In this document: piece after piece, positions 51,871 to 64,000 of the stretch
Position numbering within the stretch: position 1 is the first letter of the stretch
How the letters are laid out: each line of letters starts with the position of its first letter
Origin: Mytilus edulis
Lineage: Eukaryota
NCBI RefSeq assembly: GCF_963676685.1
Contig: NC_092346.1
Span: 53,196,001 to 53,260,000, forward strand
Direction of reading: 5' to 3'
DNA: 64,000 nt
Translations under genes and position numbers: made by a program
The notes under the pieces: model-generated
What the model was told of the DNA's origin: nothing
Database searches by the model: none
The model's input: only the letters and a program-made list of their open reading frames with translations

Positions 51871-52674
51871 TAAACAAAATACTACATAGAAAACTAAAGA
51901 CAGAGCAACAAGTTCCCAACAAAACTGAATGTTACCTTTACCTGGTGCTCCGGAAGGGTAAGCATATGTAACTTTAAGGCTGAACTGCAGCCGATAGATT
52001 TACATTCAGGTTTTTCGAAGGCTCGTTTTATTAAATACAAAAGTTTCTGTCTGATAAGATAACGTGAAAGTGTAGTGTAGATAGTCGAAAGGTCAAAACT
52101 GTTAACAGAATAGAAAGTACAATTAAAAGCACTTAATCATTGATATGTCTAAAGCATACAACGACCTTTTTACAATCCAAAAATAAGGAATTCCTTTATT
52201 TGTATATTATGCTCCTATGACACAATTTAATCAAATAAATCGGATGGTATATATCCTGAAAAAAATAATCTATGTAAAGATATTTTTGTGAGCATTATGC
52301 TTCACTGATATTTCAATATGTTGACGGATGGTCGAACAAGGATATCCATACGCAATAAAACAGTATTATGATTTTAATTGGGGAAAAAATGTAGCAAAAA
52401 AAGTATTTCTAGAAGACCGGTGTTTACTCTGTTGAAACAGCCGAGTAGTCATTCTTCCTTGTTTGTTCATTACTATTTTTCTTTTAAGTGATATAAATTA
52501 TTAATACAATAGCTTGTCTAGGGTCATTATCAATAACTATAGATCTATCAATTTATTCGTGTAACTCTTTACATATTTAGTCTTCCGATAATGAAATCTG
52601 AACTGACTTAGAAGATCTAGAAAGATAAGCTGAACCAGTTATCTATATCATGAAAACATAGTTCAATATCAAAA

Positions 52675-55600
52675 ATGGAGAAAGTTTCAACTATCTCCAG
52701 TAACAAAATTACAAACAATAGTGGTAAAACCGAATATGACTCTAAGAATACTAGTTCTAAATTCACATGCTATCTATGTTTTGTAGCAGTATTTGGAGCA
52801 CTCGGTGGTTTTTCGTTTGGATATGATACTGGGGTTGTTTCAGGAGCATTACTCTTTATACGGGCAGAATTCGAATTAGATTCGTTTGACCAGGAAGTAC
52901 TTGTAAGTGTTACTATAGCAACTGCCATGATAACAGCATTCATGTCTGGCTACCTTGGAGATAAAATTGGAAGAAGACCTTCCATGTTGATCGGTAGTTT
53001 TGTTTTTACAGTTTCTACAATACTCAATGGAGTTTCTAAGACTTACTGGATGTTACTACTTGGACGTGGTTTACTAGGCATTGGAATTGGTAAGTCTGCT
53101 TGAAGGTGGTTTGTTCGTCACTAATCCTATTGGAGTTCAACTTCTATTCGATATGTTATTAGGCATGACTTGTGAAATCATTTGCGAGTTATTTTTATCG
53201 TTCAAACAATTGGTATTGATTCTAAGTTTCAGTGCGACTTAGCAATATACATGTGTTTACAACTAACATTGCAAGAGTAAATTAAATATGCTACATTTAT
53301 ATAAATAAATTTTTACTCGCAATCAAAGATCAGAACGTATATGCCAAGTGAATGACATGATAACTATATACTTTTGCTATATTTGCAAACAGCATAGCCG
53401 GCCCCTAAATGTTTGGTTCCAATGTTTTTTTAAATAATAAGTAAATCTGTGAATATACATGCAGAGCTTACAAATTGAAATTAATTCCACTCTTTTCTGC
53501 ATAAATGAGAGATAACCGAGTCCATTTGTTTTGCTGCGTAAAGCCGCCAACATTATTTGGACCGAAAAGGGACTTGAATGCCGTAATATGTAAGTAAGAT
53601 TATGGGAAAGTTTTATTGAAATATGGAGAAGTTGTGGATATTGATGTTTATCTTACCTCCTATACATTTATAGGAATATGATTGGTTAAAAGCAACCGTG
53701 TGGAGACCGTGTATATTCCATATTAGGTTAGTAGATCTCGCAAAGATCTTATTCGATTTATAGAGGACCACAAAAGATCAAAAGCTTAAATGGGAAGCTA
53801 TAATAAAGAATATTCGAAAGCTTTGTTGCTAGTCATTCTCTTGTTTAAAAGGAGTTGTGGTTACAAATAACGAACATACGAACGGATTAAACGAACAGAC
53901 GAACGGATTAAACGAATCAAGTTGCGAACGAAAACACCACTTGACTATCAGTAAGCATGAATATGATTGACAATTGTAACATGTTTTTTTATGATTAATA
54001 GGAGTAATACTAATGATATCACCAGTTTATATTGCTGAATGTTCACCGGTAAAGTACAGGGGACCATTAGTTACACTGTGTACTGGTATGATGGCGATAG
54101 GAAGGACAGTAGCCAGCATTGTAGATGGCGCGTTTAGTTATGATAAGACTGGATGGAGGTAAAATGAACTCACTTAAATTTATTATATTTGTTTACAATT
54201 CACTATTATTTATCGAAACTATAAAAGATCTTTTTAAAAAAAATATTTTTTTAAAGATCTTATAGAAATTCATTCATTTTTCAGAATCTTTGATAAAAAG
54301 AGAATTGCAATGCAAATAATGATGCTTTTCCAAACATGTAGTCTTTGTGTATTTTAGGTACATGCTAGGCCTCACTGGTGTGCCATCATTAGTACAATTC
54401 ATAGGATTCTTATTCCTGCCCGAGACACCTCGTTATTTAGTGCGGAATGGCAAGGAAGACATGGCGACACACATTCTACAGAGGATTCGAGGAAGATCTG
54501 ATGTTTCGGACGATATAAAACAAATTAAAGAAATATGCCAACAAGAGATAAAAGAACTCAAAGAACTTCAAGGTTATTTCTAATTTTTTATAACATAAAC
54601 AAATCTTAAGTGTCTTTCGTTTAATTAGTGAAAAATCTGAAGTTTACTAAAATGTCTTTTAAAAACAGAAAAAGACGAGAAGAGTAGAAAAATAATCAAT
54701 TATTTTAAATAAATTAAAGACGAATTTTGTACTTGTTAAGTGATACTGGTTTAAGCTTTGTCAATTAGGTGATACTATGTAAAATTATAAAGAAAGGTTA
54801 TTTTGTAAGGAAATGAATGGACATTAAAGAAGATAATGTGCACACCATCAGTTCGCAGAGCACTTATAGTTGGAGTTTCTACATCTTTAATTCAACAACT
54901 TAGTGGCATAAATACAGTGATGTGAGTACGTACACTATAATTCTTATCGTAATTACAATTTGTAGATATGTAAAAAAATAAATAAAAAAAAAATGGTTTA
55001 GTTAATTTCCTAATTTAAGATATATACGAGTAAATTCAGTTAATGTAACATTTTCATTAACTGTTTTAAAGACTTCAATCATTATTCCTTTGATTAAGTG
55101 TAATACAAGTTAATTTCAACTTACAACTGCAAGGGAGGCACAATGATCATTTGATCGTTATTTCCAAGTTGAACGTTTGAATTGAATCAACTTATTATGT
55201 TACTGCCTGCTAAAAGAAGTACTGTTTGAAACTGAGTTGACCAAGTGCACTATTTTCAATGAATATCTGTATCTGAAGATTGTTTGGCTCTTTCTACAGG
55301 TACTATAGTGGTACTATCATCCAAATGTCAGGTGTGAGAGATGAAATAATGGCAATATGGCTGACAGCTGTCACTGCAGGCGTGAGCTGTATTTTTACTT
55401 TGTCAGGCATTTATCTTGTGGAAAAAGTCGGCAGACGTAAACTCATTTTGAGTAGCCTTGCAGGTACCATCTGATAATGTTACAATGTTAGAGATTTAAA
55501 GGGGAGTTGATATCGGTCAACTGACGCTTAAGTAGTATTCTGCAAAGTAAAAGACTAGTTATATAAAACAACATATTAACGCAATCCTTGATCATCTGTT

Positions 55601-58531
55601 CCAGAAAATTACAATTGCTGAATTAAATCCTTTTCGTTTGGTCTTTATTGGATAATTGTCTCATTGGCATAATTTGTACTACCGGTGGAGGGTAGTCTTA
55701 GCAGTTGCGGATCCTGTATTTCTAAAGGGTGCAGGCCAATGTTTGAAGATATGGTTGTAAATATTAAGTCTATGCATTTATAATGTATGAAGCTCCATAA
55801 AGGGGGTTGGCAATGCACACACCTCTTCCCTAAATTCGCACTAAATCTCCTTATTTATTGTTACCTTTCAAATCATGCATGATATTGGTATTCTTACTAA
55901 TGTATTGCAAACCCTCACATTATGTCATCTTTTGGGAATGTGTGTCTCAAATCGCAACATTCATCGCTGGAATGACTAAACATAATGGCTTGTCTTTTGT
56001 GGCATTTTCAGAAGTTTTCTATTTTTCAGGTGTTCTTTTAAGTTTGATTGTTTTAGCTGTTGCCTTCCAGTTGTCTGAAATCAACTCACCAGAAGTTACT
56101 TATAGTGAGGATGTTAACAATACATGCTTATCTTACAGGTAACACATACTGTAATTATACTTATAAATTATTTGCCAAAGAGTGTGAAAAAAATATTGTC
56201 TCAACACTCTTCCGTGATTTCAATTATTTTTGTATTTTTTTTAGAATAAGATATTTAAAAACAGTATTTATTTCTACATCATTTGGTTTCTGGTGAAGAG
56301 TTGTATTGTAGCAATCTTTTAATTTTTATAAAAATTTATATGCAGACCATTGGCATATAATGGAACAACTCTCCACCAGCACGGCACCAGAGACAAAATG
56401 TCGTAGACGTAAACAATAATAGGTTATTGTATGGCCCTTAATTAACAATTAGCAAAACCAATACCACATAGCCAGCTATAAAAAGCCTTGAGATGACAAA
56501 TGTAAAACAATTCGAATAAAAAGAAAAAATAACGGCATGATTTATATACAAAACAACAAACTTGATTTAACATATAGCCATGTTTTTTTTTATCCAATTT
56601 GATCAAAGCTAAAAGAAAATTGCGAAAAAATGTGTATAAATTACTGAAGTATTTGAAGATATTTTCTGAATTTTACTGTTGCCTTTGTAGTTCCTGTGCA
56701 ACATGTATCAAAGAACCAAATTGTGGATTTTGTTATATAGAAGACGGTTATTCTGCAATTAATGGTTCATGTACACAAAAGTTAGATACTATGACAGCTA
56801 AGTATGGTAGATGCAATTCAACGGAGTTATCAGATGGCTTAATCTGGGGAGCAACATCGTGTCCATCTCAATATTTTTGGATGTGCTTACTAGGTCTCTC
56901 GTTATATCTTATAACGTTTTCTCCAGGTTTGTTTTCTTCATATCAATTGTCTCAAACTTTAATTTCATCACCAATAAGGATGTTTATAAACGTGGCAACC
57001 AAGTCAATCTTTACAATTCGATCTAAGGATATTGGTTGATAAAATTAAATGTATTCTCTTATTTTTGAGTCTGTCATAAAAAAAAACTTTTGTGGAAAAC
57101 CCAAAAAAATGTAAAAATCATATAAAGCAACATTCTGTTCTCAAAATCATGAACTGCGTGTTCTTAAATATTATTTAAGAATTTCAAAATCATCATGTGC
57201 TGCTAAGAAAACATGATATGTGTGTGTTTTTTTGTTATTCGTGTCGTTATGTTACTGTCTGCTTTACGTAAACTCCACATGTATTTCAGGCATTGGTCCT
57301 TTACCGATGACAATTAACTCAGAGATATATCCTTTGTGGGCCAGGAGTACTTGTATGGCGATTGCATCATCAACAAATTGGTTATTTTCATTGGTAATTT
57401 CATTGTCGTTCTTGTCTCTGACGGATAGTGTTGGAGCTTATGGTAAGTCTGTAATTCCTGATTTCATATGTACACATTTGTGTTTCATTCCTAAATTGTG
57501 ATGTCATATGTTGTACTTCGATTTGTGTAAGCTAATGACCGAAATCTTTTTCATCGTATCCGACAAATAAACCGGTACCATCAAATTTAAAGTTCATATC
57601 TAATTCAACCTTCTTTGTCTATTTCACCAGTTCTCTGTAGGATGGTGCATTTATACAGACTGGTATAGTCACACTTGTTTGCAATATATGTTAAAAATTA
57701 ATGTCATTTCAAAGAAAATTCTTTCGGAATAAAAATATCTGTATTCCGGCCTTCACTGAAAGATATATAAGCAGTGGTTTTCAAACAATATCACAATGAC
57801 TGTTCTGTATGCTCTTTATTTCATTGTGGGGCATCTCCCTGATTCTATTAAAACGAAGAAAGCAATTGTAAGTGCAATTCCTTTCATATATTGGTTATTG
57901 ATAGTACTTATTTTTCTCTCATTTATATCGACTCATAGCCATTTTCCCCCTTAGTCCTCTGGGGAAAAACAATGTTAAGATAGCAGTGCACAATTAAGAT
58001 TAAAGCTTAAATCATACCGGTACAAGAATATTATTTTTTATGCCCCATTAATAGACATTATGTTTTCTGGTCTGTGCGTCCGTTCGTTCATTCGTTCGTT
58101 CGTTCGTCCGTTTGTTCGTCTGTCTGTCCCGCTTCAGGTTAAAGTTTTTGGTCGAGGTAGCTTTTGATAGAGTTGAAGTCCAATCAACTTGAAACTTAGT
58201 AAACATGTTCCTTGTGATATGATCTTTTTAATTTTAATGCCAAATTAGAGATTTTATACCATTTTCAAGGTCTACTGAACATAGAAAATGATAGTGCGGA
58301 TGGGGCATCCGTGAACTTGGAACACATTCTTATTTTTTTTGTGTCTTTCCAGGAACTTATTGGTTATTTGCTGCTGTTGTGGTGCTAGGATTTATCTTTC
58401 TCTTCTTCACCTTACCAGAAACGAAAGATAAAAAATTGGAGGACGTTGAATCTTTATTTGAAACGCCATGGTGTAGCTGTGGGAGATCTGGCTCTTTAGA
58501 AATAAACAGAACAACGAACAAACCAGTCTGA
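52675..58531 (+). CDS. SLC2A13: Proton myo-inositol cotransporter-like sugar porter (HMIT), 9 coding exons
   Basis: Exons 52675-53089, 54002-54158, 54358-54572, 54810-54921, 55300-55463, 56030-56138, 56691-56926, 57290-57442, 58353-58531. Motifs: [66 protein letters not shown], the HMIT-type Cys-rich loop ([13 protein letters not shown]), [17 protein letters not shown]. One-to-one orthology is not established. Confidence 0.9.
58035..58332. mobile_element. Short HINE-like element with (CGTT)n microsatellite
   Basis: TTTTTATGCCCCA...(CGTT)n/(CTGT)n...GGGGCATCCGTG: sub-terminal inverted repeat ATGCCCC/GGGGCAT. Confidence 0.6.
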
Positions 58532-58618
58532 AACAAAAAGATTGCAAAACATTAAAAGTTTTGGATAAATAAAACCATTATTTTTTCAAAATAATTTTAT
58601 TTTCAGTATAAATATAAT

Positions 58619-61205
58619 TTACAATTTATTACTGATTTTCTTTTTGTTTCTTCTAGATTTTCTTTGAACACAAGTATTCGCTTCTCTCTCATTTCTTTTT
58701 CTTTCTTCTTCCATTTTTTGCTTGTAAGCTTCAAATTCCATTTTATGAACGTTGTCAAGCAATCTGACAACAACCTTTTCACCATTGATCTGAAGTCCGT
58801 TCTGTAAAATAAGCCTAACATCATCTTGGAAACCGAATTCAGCAATCCATCTACTTGGAACCTTAGAATTTCCAGTTCGGACATCCACAGGGTCATACTG
58901 AAGGGACACCGCCTTTAAACCGGTTTCCTGTTTTATCAAATCTAAAATTTCATTGTACGTATATTCCTCATTGTTTCTCAGGGTGAAAACGACACTATTT
59001 GGAGACTTTGGTGGTAAACATTTCCTCATCTCCATTGAGGGGAACACTCTACTATCGTAAGATATGCATTCCTTCAGTTCATCCAACAAGGATTTTGGTT
59101 TGTCTGGTACACTGAAAAGAATCCGAGCTTATATTAATCAATTTGCATGTATAAAAAAAAGACAAGATACTGTTTAACATTTGAAGGGGTCTTTGAATAT
59201 AGATTAAGGTATTTAAGCACTAACATCCGCCAATTGAATAACTATTTAAAAATATGCGAATTCTGGCAACAATTCTTCAAATGCCGCTGAAGGATTGTGA
59301 CAGCATATATATACCTTCATCATGTGATCTATTTTCTTTACTGTGAGAGAAGATAATCATTTTTGTAAATATTTTAATAGATGACGAATTGTGAGATTAA
59401 CAGTAAGTATCAATAATGTAACTAAAGTTCTATCATTTGACCAAAATTCTGATCCATATTTACTGACGTGCTCGTATAGCTTTTATAAGGTGCGCCGAAA
59501 TCAGAACTGTACATATATATGTTAATTAGATTGAAGTTCTATCATCAAGTTAGTAACTCGAAGTGCTTTACAACTTTTGTATTCAGGCATTTCATTAAAG
59601 TGGTACACTTGCTTTAATATATATAATTACCTATTGTGTTTGTAAGTACTGCAACTTAAGCTATCACCAGAGCTGAAATTATTTACAGGTGGAACAATAG
59701 CAGGAAGAATATGACTTGGTTTTACTCCCGGTGGTGCTGGCATATATTTTGCGTCTTTAGGTAGGGTTGAAGATATTGATCTCGTGCTAACAGTTTCGAT
59801 TCGGTTCCCGTGGATACCTCGGCGTCTTCTGAAACCTAGATTTTCTAGGCGCATCTGGTTTTCTGAAAAAATATATAAAAAAGAACATCTTGAATTGGTA
59901 AAAAAACAAACTGATTTTTTGGTGGCATTTCTCTTTGCAATCTTATCTGAGCTCGGATCTTGTTTAGCAAATGAATAATAGAATAGTACTTTTAAAAATT
60001 AATAAAATCAAAGATATTTTGATTAAATCACATTTGAGGGAGGTTTGTTTGTATATCGGTACTGTTTTAAAAAAAAGTTGGTTAATATTATGATTTACTG
60101 AACACCTCTGTCAGAAGTCCTGGTAGAGCTCTGTAAACCAGTTTTGCGCTATAATATATATAGCAGCTTAAAGTAAACACCAGAGAAATTTTAGTCGATA
60201 TTAATTAATGATCATTTTCAAGATACCTAAAATCGTTAAAAAAAATCATCAGTTCCGGGCTAAAGGATATCTCTTAAAAGGAGCGGATAGACTTCGTCTA
60301 TTCAACCTAATTGTGGATCTTAATCTTGCTTATCATTTTTTGTCATTGAAAGTTTTTCTACCTACTTTAAAATAAGTATGTTGCATAAAAAGGTGCCGAG
60401 TAAATATTGCCATTGAAGGACATGATTCCACTAGAATTTTCATTAGTCTTTAGCAAGACAACGTTGGTGTCAAAAATGTGCCATCGCCAATATACACACA
60501 GAAAAGTTGATACGTTTAATGCGCTTTTCTGAGTAAACCTTCCTCAGGAACACTCGAACCAAAAAAATTTAAAGGATGTATTGGAACATGAACATATGAA
60601 GAGCTATATGACCAAAGAGGGTCACAAAGAGAATATAAAACGACCCCTGACCAAAGAGGGTCACAAAGATTATACAAAACGACCCCTGACCAAAGAGGAT
60701 CGCAAAGAGAATATAAAACGACTATTTGAATTAAAAGAATAATTTAACGCTAAATGCGTAATTAAGATAATGCATTTTTTTATTTGATTTGTTTACTAGA
60801 TTTTTGCAAGTTAATACATCAGTGTTTGGTAATCAACTTGTGTTAACTTTATCTACCTTCATTTCCTTCAATTTTAATTGCAGCATGCTGTTTAGTTTCC
60901 GTAGGCGATAGTTTATTTCTGGCAAGCTGATTAAAATTCATGTTTGGGATTTTCCAACGCAGGCTTTGTGTCTTCCTATCAAAATACATCTTTCCTCTGA
61001 ACCCATTTGCATCAGCAACATCTGGAAATCCAGATGAGTTGTCATTACTCAAAGATGGTTTGTTTCGCCTTGTAGTATCTGGAATATCGTACTGACTGCT
61101 GTCCATCGGTGGAAAGGCAGATGCAGAAGGGAACTGCCGCCTTGGAATTCTTGGATCTTCTCCGTTGTCCTTCATAACAATCATTGTCTGACTAGATGTC
61201 GGCAT
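58619..61205 (-). CDS. Uncharacterised ~357-aa protein: disordered N-terminus plus C-terminal RRM-like domain and charged helix; 3 exons
   Basis: Exons (minus) 60857-61205, 59631-59862, 58619-59111 join in frame with canonical GT-AG sites (1074 nt total). There is an in-frame stop just upstream of ATG 61205 and an AATAAA at 58597-58602 (minus). Confidence 0.75.
60610..60724. repeat. 39-bp tandem repeat x3
   Basis: GACCAAAGAGGGTCACAAAGAGAATATAAAACGACCCCT repeated with minor changes. Confidence 0.8.
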
Positions 61206-63516
61206 TGTTGACTCGATCACTGTACTCTTTTAGAACGTCGTTAGGCAAGTTTGCAATATAACTGTTGATATCACGTGATTGCGTCCGATGGTTAACGTCA
61301 TAATGAATGAGAGAGCCGATATGTTGTGGACGATAATTAACCGATAAAATACTGAATTCCTGGAAATTCTTAAAGGAGTAATCCGTTCCTGTCCTGGTGT
61401 ATGTCTATTTCAATATACATATAGTAATCATATCATAATATATCTGTTAAAATACTAAAAAATAATGCATGCAATACATATATGTTAAGAAATGAGAAGT
61501 ATACACACTAACAATTTGGGGGCTCTTTAAAACTTGCTGTTCGGTATGAGCCAATGCTCCGTGTTGGAGATCGTAGTTTGACCTATAATGGTTTACTTTT
61601 ACATATTGTCTATGTGACTTGGATGAAGAATTATCTCATGGTCACTCATTCCACATCTTATATCTATATACATTGACAAATATTTAGACACTTAACCGAA
61701 CCATGTCAATCGCTTAATACAACCATAGCAATTTCGATAGTTTGTTTATTCTGCGTTAATTTCTTGAGAAAAAAAAACATCACGAATGTAGATAGTTTGA
61801 CAAACATTTTATTTGCTTTCTATTTGCTCGTTTGAATAGAACTTAGGCAATCGTTCGGGAAAGTAACTCAACTTAACCATGTTCAACTTAAACAAACGAT
61901 GACAAAATCACTTTACTAAATGCTCCTCGATATGACGAGGTTAATTACTACCTGTGATATAGATAATACAATATTCTGATGATTTTCGGTAAAAAAAAAA
62001 CCCAGCTACTTAGAGCTTGTGTTTGTATTGTTATATGAAGACCTTATAGAAATAAAGACATTTTTTTTATTATTTTTTAGTTAAGCCATTCCAATTGATA
62101 GTTTACAGTGTGTCTTTCTATGTTGTGATGTTATACTATTGTTTCAGAAAAGGGAAAAGGTTCGGTACCATTAAACCGTTTAATCCCGCTGCAATTGTTT
62201 GCACCTGTCCTAAGTCAGGTATCTGATGTTCAGTGGTTGTCGTCTGTTTATGTGGTTCTTAAGTGTTTCTCGTTTTTATATAGATCAGCCTGCTTGGTTT
62301 CCCGTTTGAATGGTTTTACACTAGTAATTTTGGGGACCCTTTATAGCTTGCTGTTCGGTGTGAGCCAATGCTCCGTGTTGAAGACCATATCTTGACCTAT
62401 AAAAGTTTACTTTTATAAATTGTGACTTGGATGAAGAGTTGTCTCATTGGCATTCATACCACATTTTCCTATATCTAGTAGCTATTTTGCCGGCTCCGGC
62501 AAATTAGCTTCTTAACCGCTAGTTTACGGTCTTTACCGATGCCGGCAAAATAGCCTCCTTGGCGCTATTTTGCCTGCTTCGGCAGTTTAGCGATTCATAA
62601 GAAGTTTTGCTATTTTGCAGGTTTTAATTAAGACAAAAAAGAAGTATATAAATTACACATGAAAACATTCTAGTCAAGAAGCAAGCACATATATGCCAGC
62701 GACTATATTTCTTTAAAACAATTCCTTCGGTTGCAGTATTTTATAATACCATATGTTGTGTGCCGTTTGTTATAGTTTGTTAAACGTTACAGAAGTAGAA
62801 ACAAATGCATCGTTTAATCATACTTTGCTGACCCTGTTTGAACTGTCAAAAACACATGCACATTTTGATGTTATCTAAACTTATTACGCGAGGAAAATAG
62901 CCTCCGTAGAAGATGTCATAGACACAGAGGACACAGCTCATCTATGCATATATAATTTTATTGGCAGTTCTTCATCTTAATCCGATGAATGTGTGCAGAT
63001 AGTGACGATAAAGCCTTTTATTTAAAAAAAAAAAAAGAGGTATGTTCTTGCTTGTCACTGCATGATAACTGAAAATATTGTCTAATTTTACTCAAATTTT
63101 CTTTCATAGCTGTTATTTTAATGAAAGAAAGGAAGGTAATACCTAAATTTGAGTAATTTTAGACATTGTTTTGAGTTATGACAAGCAAGAACATGTTTAG
63201 ATAATTGATTTAATGTTAAAGTTAGAAAGAAATGCATCGGTTAAACTAACATTTAAGAAGGAAATTCGGTCCAAATAAAAAATATTTGCCTTTTGTTTTA
63301 TTTTTGTGTGAAATAACGTCTAAAAGTTCGAATGGGAAAAAAATGACTAAGGTGACCTATAGTTGTTATTAATAATTTCTGTGTTATTTGGTGTTCTGTG
63401 AAGAGCTGTCTCATTGGTAATTGTACCACATCTTCTTTGTTAACACTAAAAACATTTCTGGACAAACGAAAAATACGGACAGACTAAAAAGATGATAGCC
63501 CATAAAACAGTTAAGT

Positions 63517-63683
63517 ACCGATTATCAGGTTATCTACATGTTGATATCGTAAAATATCATCTGCGAGACATAATATGAAGCTTTTTGTCGAGTGAGCGTA
63601 GCGAACGAGATCAAAAAGCCTTCATATAATGTCAAGCAGCTGATATTTTACAATATAAATATGCAGATAATCTGATAATCGAT
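63517..63683. repeat. Long imperfect palindrome (MITE-associated hairpin)
   Basis: CGATTATCAGGTTATCTACAT...ATATGAAGCTTTTTG is inverted to CAAAAAGCCTTCATAT...ATGCAGATAATCTGATAATCG. Confidence 0.65.
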
Positions 63684-64000
63684 TTATCGGGCTATATTTG
63701 CGTGTTTCAGAAGTGTTTTCTTTGTTTCACCAGCACACAAAAGATGACTTGATAAGTTCGGGTCAAAGTTATTAACGTCGGTTCAAACATTATGACGTCG
63801 CTGATATGTCCGGGTCATATGTATTAAGGCCGGGTCAACGTATTTGACGTCACAAAGACATGATACGGAATAATATTAAGAGCTGAACAGAGTGATATAG
63901 ACAGTTGGACGACCGATAAAATATAATCTTGATGTTCTTATAAACCAACTTTGAAAGATAACTTAGTCATCAGCAGTCTAATAATAAATGTGATTGCATA

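Noticed and set aside
1-64000. tRNA, rRNA or other structured ncRNA genes
   Set aside because: None recognisable by eye. The hairpins seen belong to transposon ends. tRNAscan-SE/Infernal would be needed to exclude them.

Overview
AT-rich, intron-containing animal genomic DNA. The repeat families and gene content suggest a bivalve mollusc such as Mytilus (inference). Host genes reconstructed by hand from GT-AG sites and reading frame: the 3' part of a Toll-like receptor pseudogene (1-1111); a 10-exon S28 serine peptidase (minus, 5783-18837) head-to-head with a stand-alone SRA/YDG-domain gene (plus, 19025-35304, with an in-frame stop before a long acidic tail); thymidylate kinase DTYMK (minus, 40306-49317); an SLC2A13/HMIT-like sugar porter (plus, 52675-58531); and an uncharacterised 3-exon gene (minus, 58619-61205). 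The most striking structure is a composite-like DNA transposon system. An intact 5.1-kb element (24636-29745) is bounded by two identical 455-bp long terminal DIRECT repeats, each with its own short inverted ends (GGGTCA...TGACCC), and has a 4-bp TSD (AGAC). It encodes a DDE transposase and, convergently, an I-PpoI-like His-Cys-box (His-Me finger) nuclease. A 2.66-kb non-autonomous relative (45545-48202, TSD ATTT) with ~95% identical repeats lies 16 kb away in DTYMK intron 1. This architecture matches the KolobokP lineage as I recall it, so the class is probably known, but this family pair may not be. Introns are otherwise full of MITEs, Helentron-associated tandem-repeat elements, SINE-like repeats and decayed retroelement fragments. 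All alignments and identities were made by eye.
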